From NCBI RefSeq assembly GCF_018350175.1, contig NC_058368.1:186188001-186252000 (forward strand): a stretch of DNA of 64,000 nucleotides. The letters are read 5' to 3'. Below, in pieces: positions 14,939-28,350 of this stretch. The first letter of the stretch is position 1. Each line of letters begins with the position of its first letter. Made by a program: the position numbers and the translations under genes. This DNA is from Felis catus (taxonomy: Eukaryota). The notes under the pieces were generated by a model. The model was not told the origin of the DNA, searched no databases, and saw only the letters and a list, made by a program, of their open reading frames with translations.

Positions 14939-15935
14939 CTAGGTAATTTTGGAAAATGGCAAAGAGTACACTGAGCTATATTTTGCAATGCAAATAGCTT
15001 ACACAGACCATGCATAATTTCTGTAACTTTAGAAGCAAAATATGAGCTAGGTGATGTTTCCAGAAGTAAACTTGTGGTAGCCTGTACATATTGGTGGCAG
15101 GTGAATCATTGGCTGGCATAACCATTTTTTAAAACACCTAAAATGCCTGAAATATTTCTTGGTCAGAAAATTTCCACTGATTATTTCCTGAGATATGTGA
15201 AAGGAAAATCATGTCCTACTCCCTACAGCTCCACCACACCAGCACTCAAAAAAACCAGAATACAGTACACATAAAAAATAAAATTCATGTTAGAGTTTAC
15301 TACATACAGGAAAATATTTAAATTAGGTTAATTCCAGTTATGAAGACCCAGCATAGTATTTGGAGCGGGGGTGGGGGTGGGGGGGTGGGGACAGTGCTTC
15401 CATAGTTTCTGAAAATCTCAGTCAATCTCAAATCATCCACTGTGGCTTCTATGGCTTTCAATTCTCCACAACAAAGAACATTATGAGGATAAAGAATCTG
15501 TTTCACTGTTAATTGGGATCTTTGCCAAAAAAAAAAAAAAAAAAATACAGAATACGCGGGTGAGTGTGAGTGTGTGTTTGTGAGATTATGTGTGTATAAG
15601 ACACATGAGAAATGTGTGAAGCTCATCATCATTCACAGCCAGGGAATCTATTTATTTGAATAAACACAGCATTCCTTATGGCAATACCCAGAGACAAACA
15701 TCTGCTAATCTGAAAACAAGCAATGTGACTTACCAGCTCCTAAAATTGAAAAGGGTAATATCCATCTTCCTTGCAGCACTTGCTACACTGACACTAAATT
15801 TCGAACTTAATGGTTTGAAATAAAGATTACCACATTCTCCATTAATCTTAGCTTGCTCCAAACTGGAAGAAAGACTAACTTGAAAACATCATGGTACATT
15901 TTCTTAATCCCCTAAACCTCAATGCATCAGAAAGC

Positions 15936-15975
<40 letters not shown>
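15936..15975. repeat. (TTG)n microsatellite
   Basis: About 13 units. Confidence 0.95.
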
Positions 15976-15976
<1 letters not shown>

Positions 15977-18527
15977 TTAATCTTATACATATAATCTTAA
16001 AGCATGCAGAATATATAATGTCTGTGTATAGACATTTTGTGCATGAATTTAACCACCTGTCTCTTTCTCAAGGTTTAAGTAAGATTGGGTAAAGACTGAA
16101 TAAAGGTTTATGCTTCAGCCACATGTTTGGCATTGCTGAGCTCTTACTGATCAAGTAGCTAACAATTATTACTGCATAGTTTACAGTGTGTCAGGCATAG
16201 TGTTAAATGCTGATTGAGACAGCAACAAGGAAGTGTGACATAATGCCAGTTTATTTTTGTGGGCAAGAGAAAATACCTTGATTTTTGCTTAGGTTTTCCT
16301 GTGTCCGGAAGTGTGAGGTGAAAAAGCACTGAGATACATGACATAGGAATTTACTCACCAAGAAACATTTGTTAAGCATCTTTTAATTTAGCAGAGGGAG
16401 AAGCTGTTTAGATTTGGATGCTGTAAGGGAAACTCATGTAGTGCGATGGGCTTGGAAAGGCATTTTCCATGAGGAGAGAAATGGGGAGGGAGTCTATGGG
16501 CTATGTGGGGAAGTGATACAGAGTAGCAGTGCTTACCCTGAAAGCAAATGGAAGGATTTACCCTGAGCTGTGTTTGTTCTCATCTCTGGACAACAGACAG
16601 GCTTATGAGATAGGGACATGATAATGATGATATTTCTATTACTCAGGAATCAGCCACATAAGCTCTATTTTCTGTCCAACTGAACTACTTTACCCTGTCA
16701 AACAGTAGAGGGAATAGTCACTTGTAAATCAAGATTTCAAGGATGCCTAAACTGACCATATTCCCATGAATCCAACAACTTTGCTTGTTTACTCACTCCA
16801 AGGAGATCTTTGAAAATGAAATGTTAAATATTTTAAAAACCTTAAAATGTATTTATTATCAAATCTTTAACAAGCTCTATCCCAAAGTCAATGATTCCAA
16901 AAAATTATGTCAAAACTTGCCAAATTGCTTTTTTTACGTAGTTATCATGTTTACAACCAGCTTTACTTACCTGTGCTAATGGCAGACATTGAAATGCCCA
17001 AATTCATTTATGAAATTCTCCCTTCAAATACCGTACTGGTGGCACAAACAGGCACACACACACAGAAAATTAACTGGATAAGCTTTGATTCCCATGTTCC
17101 CTTCAGTTCGAAGTAGAAATGAAAACTGAAATAAAAGTACTTGATAATGATCAAAACCCATCTAATCAAGAGTGTAAATATTTGGTTTCTCATTTTCTAT
17201 GAAAGGCCCTGCAATGTTGCCATGGGAGCGGCAGGTGGCTCTTGGCATGACCTAACCCTCAGGGTCAGAGTTCATTAGGCCAGGATGGGCCAGAGCTTTC
17301 TTCAGGAAGCTGGAACAAGAGAGAGGAAATAGACCCATACATAGCATGATGGTTTTGGATATAAGTTCCAAACTTGCTAATTAGAACTGAATTGTCTGTC
17401 TTCCAGATATATGACTTTAGGTCATTTTCTTGGCTTTCTAAACTCCAGTTTTTGACCTAGAAAGTGGGGATCATGGCAGTACTGATTTCACTGGCCTATT
17501 GTGAGAAGCGAGTTAATGCAAGTGAATAGCTTGCAAGAATGTCTGAAACATAGGAAGTTCTCAGTAAGCATTAGAAGTTATTTGTCTCCCAATTTTTTTT
17601 TTTTTTGTTTATTTCTAATCAACACAGATTTAGACTAGAGTTCAATGTCACTGGGAATGAAAAAGTGCTATTTGTTTGGACAGGTGGCAGGATAGGAAAC
17701 CTGAGGAAAGTGAGGTGGTCATAACTAAGCAAAGAAAAATCAGAAGGCACAAGAAAAGACTCTAGAAAGGCCGTCTGAACAAAGAGGAAGCTCTGGTGAA
17801 GAATCTGTTCAAGGTCCGGTGTTCCAGCCCCCACCATCCAAGTGAAGTCTCTCCAAGTGACCCTGTTCAATACAGTGGTCCCTGTAGAATTTGAGTCTTA
17901 TTCTGAAGACTGGGATAAAACATCCGATATGTTTCTAAATAAATATTGTGTGGAAGTGTTCCCACTCGCACCAGCTATTACCATCTGTGTGTGCTCTGAC
18001 TTCGTACATTTTAAGCACCATGGAAAACAGGGCTCTGTGATTGTGCTGCCTAGATATTTCTGTCAGAACCTAGTGCCCTGGGAATGTGCTGTTTGATTGC
18101 CAATTAATGGTTTTTAAAATAAAGCTAAGGAGTTGTCCTAATTTTGTTTTCTATTCCAGATGAAGTCAGATGCCTTGGGAGCAGCAGAGTCTCTAGGGAC
18201 ACAGAGCCTGAGTTCAAGTTGCTACCTAGATAGGTCACTTTCCTCCTCTGGAAAATGTGGATAATAATAATAATACGTAGGTAAAATACACAGTATGAGT
18301 TACTAGATGAAATATGATCTATAAAACTGTTAGCATGGTGCCTCACATATTATAAACATTCAATAGTGTTTATTATTAATTACACATTTTAGTAATTCTT
18401 ATTTTAAAAACTATGAAGTTTTTCTGGTCTTGAAAAATAGCTTTTTCATTTGGCCTTCTAACTTTAATAGCCTCTAAATCATACTTTACTGCTCTTTATG
18501 CATAATTCTCCCATAATGTGGTTTAAA

Positions 18528-18747
18528 GTTTTGTTTGTTTGTTTGTTTGTTTACTTATTTTGAAAGAGAAAGAGAGAGAGCAAAAGAGGGGCAGAGAGAG
18601 AAGAGAGAGAGAGAGAATCCGAAGTAGGCTCAGCACTATCAGTGCAGAGCCCAGTTCAGGGCTCGATCCCACGAACCGAACTGTCTTATCATGACCTGAG
18701 CCGGAGTCAAGAGTCACGCTTAACTGACTGAGCCACCAAGGCGCCCC
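18528..18747 (-). mobile_element. Can-SINE
   Basis: 19-bp TSD tcccataatgtggtttaaa (18509-18527, 18748-18766); (TTTG)n tail. Confidence 0.94.
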
Positions 18748-20779
18748 TCCCATAATGTGGTTTAAATAAGTAATCTTCCCAAATGAATTGGCCAGGTATA
18801 ATTTCCACTAGCCACTTAGCATATCAGATGTAGACCTGACTAATTTGGTCCTTTGACAGAACAATTCAAACATCGTCTGGTTCTGGAATTTTAGGCAATA
18901 AGAAGTATAACTGGCTTAGACACTCTGTTCCTTCTTCCTATCTGATATATGACAAAGGCCATGTATGAAAAGTAACTCATGATAATCATAGGGTTAATGC
19001 ATGCACCTTTAGTCCAAGACAAAAACAGACAAACAAACAAACAAACAAACAACTGTGGTTCCTTAAATCACAATCTAAACCGATGACTCAAATGTATATC
19101 AAATATTTTCAAGAGAAGTTTTTGATTGCATATACCTTTACTTGAACACTGTCCCTTAACAACTCCTTTTGGGCATCTACTCTATGTGAGGCATTATGAA
19201 AGATGCCAGAGATAGAGAATATTCATTTTTCATTATGATGATGATAATGATAATAATGAGGAGGAGGAGGAATAATATCATTATTAGTGTGTGATGTTTG
19301 TAATGCTTCATCCCCTCTCAATGTTTCTGATGAGAAGAGAGCTTCAGCAGTGCAAAATCTTCTGAATGCTCCCCATTCCCTCATACCCTTCTATTTAGGG
19401 AGGGGAGGAGGAAGAATAATTTAATTTGATGGGTAAATTTCGAAGGAGAAATCAATCTTGTCTATCTCAGCCTCTTCCTGCTCTGCGCTGTCCATAAGAC
19501 TCATAAATTCGGCTGTTTCTCTATGCTAGAAGTTTTACATAGACAGTCTATGCCTTAACAGAGGGAGGCCAAAGTGTTGCCTGTTAACTAGGTGGTAATC
19601 TGGCTGATTCTGATGTTTACTCTCTGCAAACCTACTTTTCTGCAGTTATAAGCCACTCCTGCAGTACCACCATCATTAGTAATAAAGATGATATTCTCGT
19701 TTTCCAAACCCCTTACTCTATTACCTTATTTCTAAAAAGGCTCAGAACTCACATAGGAAAGAGGGAATTATTTATTGAGTCCCATAAGACTGTATTTTTT
19801 TAAAGACAATATAGACTCCTAAACCTATCACTAAATAAGTAGTAAGTCAACACATACTGCAGCCCAGCGATGCACTGATACTGTGAGGGATATGAAACAA
19901 ATGTGTCTTTATATTTCTTGGCATCACTTGAAGAAAATAAGACATTTATATAAGAGAAATAACTTTACAAAGCATTGTTATAAATGAGACCAAGAGCTAA
20001 GTTGTTATTTTACCATCAGTAAATGTGACTAGAATGCAGAAAGGGAAACTTAATCCATTATTGGATTGGTAAAAAAAAGTTTTCATTAATCTTTTAGGTT
20101 TTGATTTGGGCCTTTATAGAAACATAGGATTTAGATGGGTACAAAATAGAGGGAATTTCCATGAAGGGTACATGGCATGATAAGGAGTTCAGAGGCAAAA
20201 ATAGTAACTATTATTTATTGAGCACTGTCTATGAACACTTTATATAGGTCATTTAAAATTCCTAACTATCTTATAAGGATGGGCAATTACAATAGTATAC
20301 CCATTTTAGTACTTTGAGGCTTACTCACTTACCAAGGTTATATTGGTAGTGGTAAGATTTGAATTCAGCCAGCCTGAATCCTAGGCAAGTTCACTCACCC
20401 CCCAGTGGTGTTGCCTCACAGAAAGTAGTATGTAAGCAAATAACTAAAATAGTCAACATTAGGAACAAGAGAGGATGAGTAGTGGCATCATCTATGGACT
20501 GTATGAAATACAGGCAGAGAAGTTTAAATCTGACCTTAAATCTGACTGTGATCTTTTAAATGTTCTTAATTAGAGTAGTAGCATAAGAGAATAGTGTTGT
20601 AAGACAGAATTCCAACATGGGAGAATCACAAGACGTTCTCAGAGAGTGATCAGTTTAGCAAAAACTATTGTAGAACACAACATTTCAATAAAGTAGTCTA
20701 CAAACCAACCACTGTAATAAGTTGCCAAAGGAATAAATCCACAATTGTGGATACTTTTATATCTCTATTTCTTGCATAG

Positions 20780-21030
20780 TAATAATGGCTGACATTTGTT
20801 GAGTGCTTCCTATAGGCAAGATTTTTTTAAGTGCTTGTGATGTATGAATTCATTTAATATTTGTGATAACCCCATGAGGTATTATCATTACTCCCATCTT
20901 ACATGTAAAGAAACTGAGGCAAAGAGATATTAAGGAACTTCCAAGAATACAACAATATAAAATATAAGTGCAGAAGCTGGAATTATAAACCCAGGCAGCG
21001 TTCTGGTTCAGAAATCTGTATTCTTATCTA
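20780..21030 (-). mobile_element. MIR relic
   Basis: aaccccatgaggtattatcattactcccatcttacatgtaaagaaactgaggc. Similar relics at ~3430-3660, 7560-7720, 17340-17570, 18200-18370, 20200-20410, 27470-27700, 45770-46010, 50870-51080, 56080-56235 and 59710-59930. Confidence 0.7.
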
Positions 21031-21127
21031 CTACTCTGCTGTCTCTCTTATGTTCTGCTGACTCTAATTGCCATAGTTGGTACATTTCTTAACCTGTGTT
21101 AAGATCTAACATATGTAATTATCCTGA

Positions 21128-21322
21128 GCCAGCACTCCCCAGTGTTTGACTCACAGAGTACTGGGTCCACAGAATGTCAACAGGTATCATATAAAAGGTT
21201 TTAGGCAAATATGATTGGAAAAACACTAGCTTAAATGTAGTTAAACAGGTTTCCTTACCTCAGGATTTATCAGAGCTTTTACCCTGCCAAACTGTGAGCT
21301 TCCACACTTTGGGAAATGCTGG
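21128..21322. mobile_element. hAT-Charlie relic (MER103-like)
   Basis: Degenerate inverted ends cagcactccccagtgt / acactttgggaaatgctg; internal gttaaacaggtttccttac. Confidence 0.5.
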
Positions 21323-21909
21323 TCTAAATTGATACTTTCTGTAATTTTTATTCTGAATCATCTGAACTACTCTGAAATGAGAGGACTTTTATGTAAAGAT
21401 GGTGTCAACAAAAAGGCATTTCAAAAATGATATTCAACAAATAGATCTTTGAAAAATTCATAACAATATGTCTTCATGACTTCTTTATGATTTTTTTGGC
21501 TTCTATAGTTCACAAATATTACATAACATCCTGAGAGCTCTACTGATTTACCAATTCCCATCAGACAGAAGAGATATCCATGTTAATTTATTGGGTTGGG
21601 AAAGAAAGAACAGGTATGTATTAGTTTTATTTTCCTTCTTGGTAACAATTTAATGAATGTCTTTTGCAGTGAAGCTAAACATTTCCCTCCAGTGTGTTTT
21701 ATTTTAACTATTTCTCTGTCTAATATATTCTTATTATGCTAATATTATACATTATATGTAAGTATATATTACATATTACACTTATGGAAAGACACAAAGA
21801 TACAGCCAAGCTATTTGAAGTTATTTTCGACATACTTGGTCTGTACTTTTCTTTCCAAAGTTAAATTCAGAAAATACACCAAGAAAACCAAAAATGTAGT
21901 GTCACTTAC

Positions 21910-21977
21910 CATATCATGGTCTGAAACAGGGCCGAAACTGGTGACGAAGATGTCAGTCTTCACTTCAGTTACACGCT
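21910..21977 (-). CDS. GABRA1: GABRA1 coding exon 3 (68 nt)
   Basis: (E)[22 protein letters not shown]; acceptor cttcatcag|AG with an upstream CTAAT branch-like motif; donor ATG|GTAAGT. Confidence 0.98.
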
Positions 21978-23444
21978 CTGATGAAGCAGGAAATTAGGAC
22001 AGTGAATGTCCATCAATAGTCCTTATTAGATCTCACCACCACATACTCACACCCAAATGGGAAATTTATTGGCTTTGATTAGCTATTTCTAAAATTGGTC
22101 CACTGTGTAGTCCTGATAATTTGCTGCTTACACATGAAATTTCACAGTTAATATTTTTCAATGGAGAATGCAGCCCAAATATGCCACTTTGGGAGGCAGA
22201 CTCCATGGAGGAGTCAGCGGCTGCTTAATGAATTCTTCAATAATGGACACACTTTCCTAAATGATACCAAGCCATTTCACATTGTCATAACAACATTAGC
22301 ATATGGGTATGATTTCAGCTTAAACATTCTTACAGAGCTCACCAGATCCTCCAGGTATTTAGGATACTCTTGGGAAGTATATAGTATACTGCAGCAAGCT
22401 TTATTAACTCTTTAAGGACTCAAGGGTATGTTTTACAAATGACTGCTTGCTGGCACTAAATCATAACTGAACTATCCAAATTACTCCCTGGGAAAACTCT
22501 GACAACCTATACAAATATTTTCAATTTTGAGGATAAGAAGGACATATATTGGCACAGAAAAAGTTCCTTTAATAGATTCCATTTCAAGTTCAATGTGGTT
22601 TTAATTTACTAATCTCTGAGGCATATATATCAACCAACAAAACATATTTATTGTAGTTAGGTGACAACTCAACACAGACATTTTGAAGGAAATAGTACCC
22701 CCTCCCCCCAAAAATTGAAAAATGTTGCTTTCATATAAGGACACAATTTGTTTGAGGTGAGAATGAAAAAGGTGGCTTTGTCATTTTCAACTGTAGCTCT
22801 GAGAACTAATGGCCCAGTATCTTAAGCTACTCATTTTATTTATCAAGACATTTGTATCTCAAAGGTAGGACATTAAGAAGGTGATCTGATATATGCAATA
22901 ATGAATTCTTTTGAAAATCAAGAATTTTATCTTTGAGCAAGTCACTTGCAAACAGTAAATACTTTCAGTATAAATTTCTCTCAAGAAGGTCTTATTATAT
23001 ACTACACATAATGTGTACCACAAATTATAATCTAAGTTGGAGGTACAGATAATCCCTTCAACAACCAATCCAATATTTCTTTTTTTTTCCTTTCTATGCT
23101 TTTTTTTTTTTTTTTGGCTAACAATTTCATTGGCTCCAAAATGCTTAAATGAACCCCTTGATGTAAGAATTATCTGGGATTTACCCTTTAAAAACTTCAA
23201 AATGGAGGACATAGTTTGAGACAAAGAAAATAGAGCTATGTATTTAGAACTTATTTCCAACATCAGTGTTAACATTCTACAGCAAGTGTTTCACTTGTCC
23301 TTCACTGTTCCTTCACAGCCATCAGCAACGTCTAAGCTGCAATAATCATTTGCCTCTTCTACCTGCCCCCATCCTCTCCCCTTCTGCAGTTATTTTCCCA
23401 GTGCACACATCTCTTTCTTTTTATTGCACTCTCTTTCCATAAGT

Positions 23445-23668
23445 ATTTTTTTCTTAATTTTTTTAAACGTTTATTTATTTTGAGACAATGCGAGAGACAG
23501 ACTGCAAGCAGTGGAGGGGCAGACAGAAGGAGACACAGAATCTGAAGCGGGTTCCAGGCTCTGAGCTGTCAGCCCAGAGCCCCACACAGGGCTTGGACTC
23601 GGGAACCATGAGATGATGACCTGGAGCCGAAGTCGGACGCTTAACCGACTGAGCCACTCAGGCGCCCC
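23445..23668 (-). mobile_element. Can-SINE
   Basis: Reverse head ...gagccactcaggcgcccc; aagtattttt on both flanks. Confidence 0.93.
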
Positions 23669-26504
23669 TCCAAAAGTATTTTTTACTAGACTAATTCTTT
23701 TCCTTAGCCTAAACATCTGCTATTTCTTAAGACTCCATCTAGAGCTCATACTTTATTAGGATGTCATGGCCTGACTTCGAATTAAAACAATAATAAAAAG
23801 AAAAATGTATGCTATCTATTCACAAAAACTAGAATTTATTTTATTAATTGAGCTCATTTTTGGCCTTTCTCTTTCAGCATTTTCCTTTCTAGTTCAAGCA
23901 AAGGAACCATCACTTGGACTTTCTTTGATATGACAAAATATGCACTTACTGTCATGAAAACAATACAAAAAGAAAGACAACAGATAATATAGAATTGGGC
24001 ATATTTGCATCCTAATTCTTTGAATACCAGGTATGCTCCTTATAGGAAATAATTTTCTTTATTATTTACAGATTAATTTCTTGCAATTAAAAGCACTCCA
24101 AATTGTGTGATAAGAGAAAAATTAATGTCTGTATTTTCTTTCTACATAAGTCTTGAAATAGTTGGATCATCCTGTTATTTTATTTATTTTTCTAACTGTA
24201 TGGCTCAACCCAATTTTGTTTCTAAGGCTGAGTTTTGATTCTCTGCAGATTATAAACTGTAAGACTTACAGTGAATACCTTATAGATCTGAGAGACATCT
24301 CCAGAATTAAAATGATACCCATTCTTTCATTTTTATTTTTGTGGCAGAGATCCACTATTAAATGCATGTTCATTTAGGAAATATATATGAACCCCTGTCT
24401 GCACACTTGCAACTGCTTGGCAGTGTGGGGTAGTTATTTGAACTCCTTTATCACCATTATCTATTTCTTGGGTGCAGGCAGGGCATAATTTCTGCACTTC
24501 AAGGTAACTCCCCAAGGTAGCTAGTAGCTTTACAAAAATTGACTTAGCAGATGTTTTAGGAGCAACCAATCTGTTTAATCTAGCATGATAAAGCAGTGCA
24601 AAGAAGTGAGATACCCACTTTCTAAATATATGGGCCATTTCCCCTTGCAGTTTTAGATTGTTAGTAAATGATGATGCTATATAACTAACAAATTATAAAG
24701 ACCAAACAGCCTATTTATAAAGATTACTGTAACAATAAAATAGAATGTAAAACATGGTTAAGTTTACATACATTTATTGCCACACATAATTGTTAGTGTG
24801 CCATATAGAGGTTAGGCATAAATGCAAAGCAGTTCACACAAATGGCTATAATCACACTTTGAAAGTATATTTCTTTAATTTTTTATCTATCCCTACCCCT
24901 AAGTATACTTACCATACCAGTTCATCATCTTCAAGTGCTTCATCTTATTTTCCACTAGCTACCTCCCTCTGATATTTCCCAAAAGTCACCACTGTAATAT
25001 TCGCCGGTATGTACTCTGACCAAGAGCCCTTACCTCATGCATCCCTCAAACGACCTCACCCTGCACTCTAACCATACAGATATCTTTAAAGAGTTTCTGA
25101 TTTTTGCTGTCTGTTCATCCTGTTTCTCTTCCAAACATAGTCACAAACCCTAAGGTTAAGGTAGCAAAATTTCCAAGTCCCCAAACTGAAGTTGCCTGGG
25201 GGGTGGGGGAGGGGCCTGCAGGGACCACTCAACTACTGAATGGAAGAGGTGGGTGATGGCACCAAGCACAATGCAGTGAAATCCAGGAAAACATCTGGAC
25301 CTTGGGATAAGATTAACTAGAGAAAGGAAACAACACCTTCTGTATTTTCCCCTCTAAAATATTTTCCTTACCGCATACCCAAAGAGTTTTCTTTGATTTC
25401 TCACTGGCTGTTTGTGATTGTCCAGTTTCCACTGTTTATTATGCATGCCTCTGGAAGATTCATCATGAATATTAGAGTACCAATGTCTCTAAGATGTCAT
25501 GTTTTAAATAAATGCGATCAACCTTGTTCAGCCCCGTATTTCCCAAACTTATCTAGGAATGCTGCTCTAAAGTGTTACAAAAGCTTTTGGGTAAACATGA
25601 AGCCAATAGAATGCATCATGTTGTTTATTTAATTTTTTAAATCTTCATAGTATGTTTGGAAATTTCAAAAAAAAACATAAAAAAAATTAAACTCCCTAGA
25701 ATACTACCATTCACATAAATCCACTGCTAACATCTTATGTATTCCTTTCCTTCGTTTTTCCTTTTCAAATACATACCTAATGATTACCCTCAAACCACAT
25801 TCTCGTTCAGTTGAGTACAATTTCAGTGACAAGAAATAGGTTCCTTTGACCAAAAGTATGTCTTTCACTCCAGCTCACCAGCAATTTCCTTAGTGATAAG
25901 TGAAGTCATTGTTCTTTAAGACAGAAGATTTATAATTCAGAGTGCAAGGGTTCAAGATAGAGGACTGTTATGAATGTACTTTAGCCAAACCGTAAAAAGT
26001 GACATGGTTAACTTGCCTGTTTTATATATATATATATAAATATATATGTTTTATAGATAGATAGATAGATAGACATTGCACTGGACTCTTAAAGTATTAT
26101 TAGAAACATCTAGAAAATACTCAAGGCCTTTCTATGGATCTCATGAGGAAAAGTGAAGATATTTTTATGTTTCCAATATTCTACTTAAGAGCACACAACA
26201 TGAGTCAGGAACTTCTAATAAAGTTCAGCTGGAATGATTTTACAGCTAGCCAAAGTTAAACATGAATGGACCCCTTATGTAACTAGGAAATTGTCTGAAA
26301 ATGGAAATCAATTAAAATAACTCAGCTGGAGGAAACGTTCAAAGAGCAGATTAATTAGCAAATAAATTTTTTAAAGTATATTCTTCACAATAATCTATCT
26401 CTGTCCACTGTAAAAAAAAAAAAGATCAACAGTCTTTAAAATTTGTGTAAATTTATATGTATGTTCAAGTGTCAAAGGGATAAATGTGGAATCATGTAAA
26501 ATGA

Positions 26505-26538
<34 letters not shown>
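26505..26538. repeat. (GAT)n microsatellite
   Basis: About 11 units. Confidence 0.95.
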
Positions 26539-26540
<2 letters not shown>

Positions 26541-26559
26541 TACAGTGGTTGGGGATACC

Positions 26560-27060
26560 TTTTTTTAAATGTTTATTTATTTTGAAAGATAGAGAAAGAG
26601 AGAACATGTGCTTGTGAGCAGGAGAGGGGCAGAGAGAGGGGGAGAGAGAGAATCCCAAGCAGGCTCAGCCCTGTCAGTGCAGAACCTGACATGGGGCTCG
26701 ATCTCATGAATGAGAAATCATGACACGGGGCTCGATACCATGAATGTGAAATCATGAAATCAAGAGCTGAAATCAAGAGTCAGGTGGTGGGGCACCAGGG
26801 TGGCTCAGTCGGTTAAGTGTCCAACTTTGGCTCAGGTCATGATCTTACAGTTCCTGAGATCAAGCCCCGCGTTGGGCTCTGTGCTGACAGCATGGAGCCT
26901 AGAGCCCACTTCAAGTTCTGTGTCTCCCCATCTCTTTGCCCCTCCCCCCAACCCCTGCTCACATTCTGTCTCTTTCTTTCAAAAATAAATAAACACTAAA
27001 AAAAAAGTAAAAATAAAAAAAAGAGTCAGATGCTTCATCAACTGAGCCACCCAGGTGCCC
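26560..27060 (-). mobile_element. Can-SINE split by a nested SINE
   Basis: Body at 26560-26786 and head at 27021-27060; outer TSD tggggatacctt / tggggatatctt. Confidence 0.9.
26789..27020 (+). mobile_element. Nested Can-SINE (opposite orientation)
   Basis: ggggcaccagggtggctcagtcgg head; TSD aagagtcaggtg / aagagtcagatg. Confidence 0.92.
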
Positions 27061-27221
27061 TGGGGATATCTTAAAATAGTATATCAATATAAATAAAATT
27101 TATAATGATAAGTAAACCAATCAAAATCAGTCTTTAAAGAAGCATAACCTTCAAAGATACACTTTACATACATATATATAAGTATTTTATGTGCTTTATA
27201 TATATGATTTATATACATTTA

Positions 27222-27227
<6 letters not shown>

Positions 27228-27260
<33 letters not shown>

Positions 27261-27273
27261 GAAATATATATAT

Positions 27274-27311
<38 letters not shown>
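27228..27311. repeat. Compound (TA)n/(CA)n microsatellite
   Basis: Directly visible. Confidence 0.93.
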
Positions 27312-27313
<2 letters not shown>

Positions 27314-27709
27314 TATTATATACTCTATAGCTGCTAGACAGCAGTAAATTTGTTTTTACCAGGGATTTCTTACAATGTTGATATCCTGCTGATAAGTATT
27401 GAAATAACAGATGTTTTTAAGTGATAATTCAAAAAGATGATTAGTGCTTGAGGCAGAAATGAGAAAAGCAGTGTGGTATAGTAAGAAATAAGCACATTGG
27501 ATTAAAAGTCAAAACACTCAGATTTTTACTCTGATTCTCCTGGAGAACAAGCTGTGTGATTGCAGGTACAATACTTTAATCTCTCTGAGCCTGTTTTCTT
27601 GCCTTTTCAGTGAAGAAATAATACCTGTGCAGTTGACTACATCACACTGGAGTAAGGGTGGAATAATATTTGATGCCAAAAACACTTTGAGATGCGTTTG
27701 TTTGGTACA

Positions 27710-28350
27710 TTAATTTAACCAGCAAATGTTTATTGAGCATTTTCTAAATGTCAGGCAGGCACTGTTCCAAGTTATAGTAATAATGAAAAAAAGTGTAAGT
27801 GTTCCTATTCTGTAGTTTATCTTTTAGTCTTGGGGAAAACATTTTATATAGATTAGAAACATAGATGGGATAAATAGATGATAGATTAGAAATGTAGATT
27901 GGTAGATCGTAGTTATATACAAACACATACACAAATTATACTGATTAATTTCAGATCATTATACATGCTCTGAAAGAATGACTTTTGAAGAGATAACTTT
28001 GAACTGAGACCTCAATAATGAGAAATATTCAAGGATGAGCAGAAAGGGAAAGACAATTAAAGGAGGAGATTTCAGAAAGAACAAGATCTAAGGTGAGAAT
28101 AAATGTGTGATGTTTAAGAAACAGAAAATCCAATAATATATCTGGAGTCTGGTGATGCTGATGGTCATGGTAAAAGATGACACTCTGGATGCAAGTGGGG
28201 CCACACCTAAAGAGATTTGTGCATTTTACCAAGCAGTTGACCTTTATTCTAATGCAATAAGAAGCCTTTGGGTAATGAGGTGAAATGATGTTACTTGCAG
28301 TTTAAGAAGAAAGCTGATGCTGTGTGAATAATGCATTATAAGAGTGTAAT
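27710..28350 (-). mobile_element. L2 LINE 3' relic
   Basis: cagcaaatgtttattgagcatt...gtcaggcaggcactgttc start followed by a purine-rich L2 body. Similar relics at ~3080-3180, 5420-5900, 9686-10040, 58880-59410 and 61240-61780. Confidence 0.65.

Noticed and set aside
26395..26658. ORF with a poly-His tract
   Set aside because: Produced by the (GAT)n microsatellite next to a SINE.
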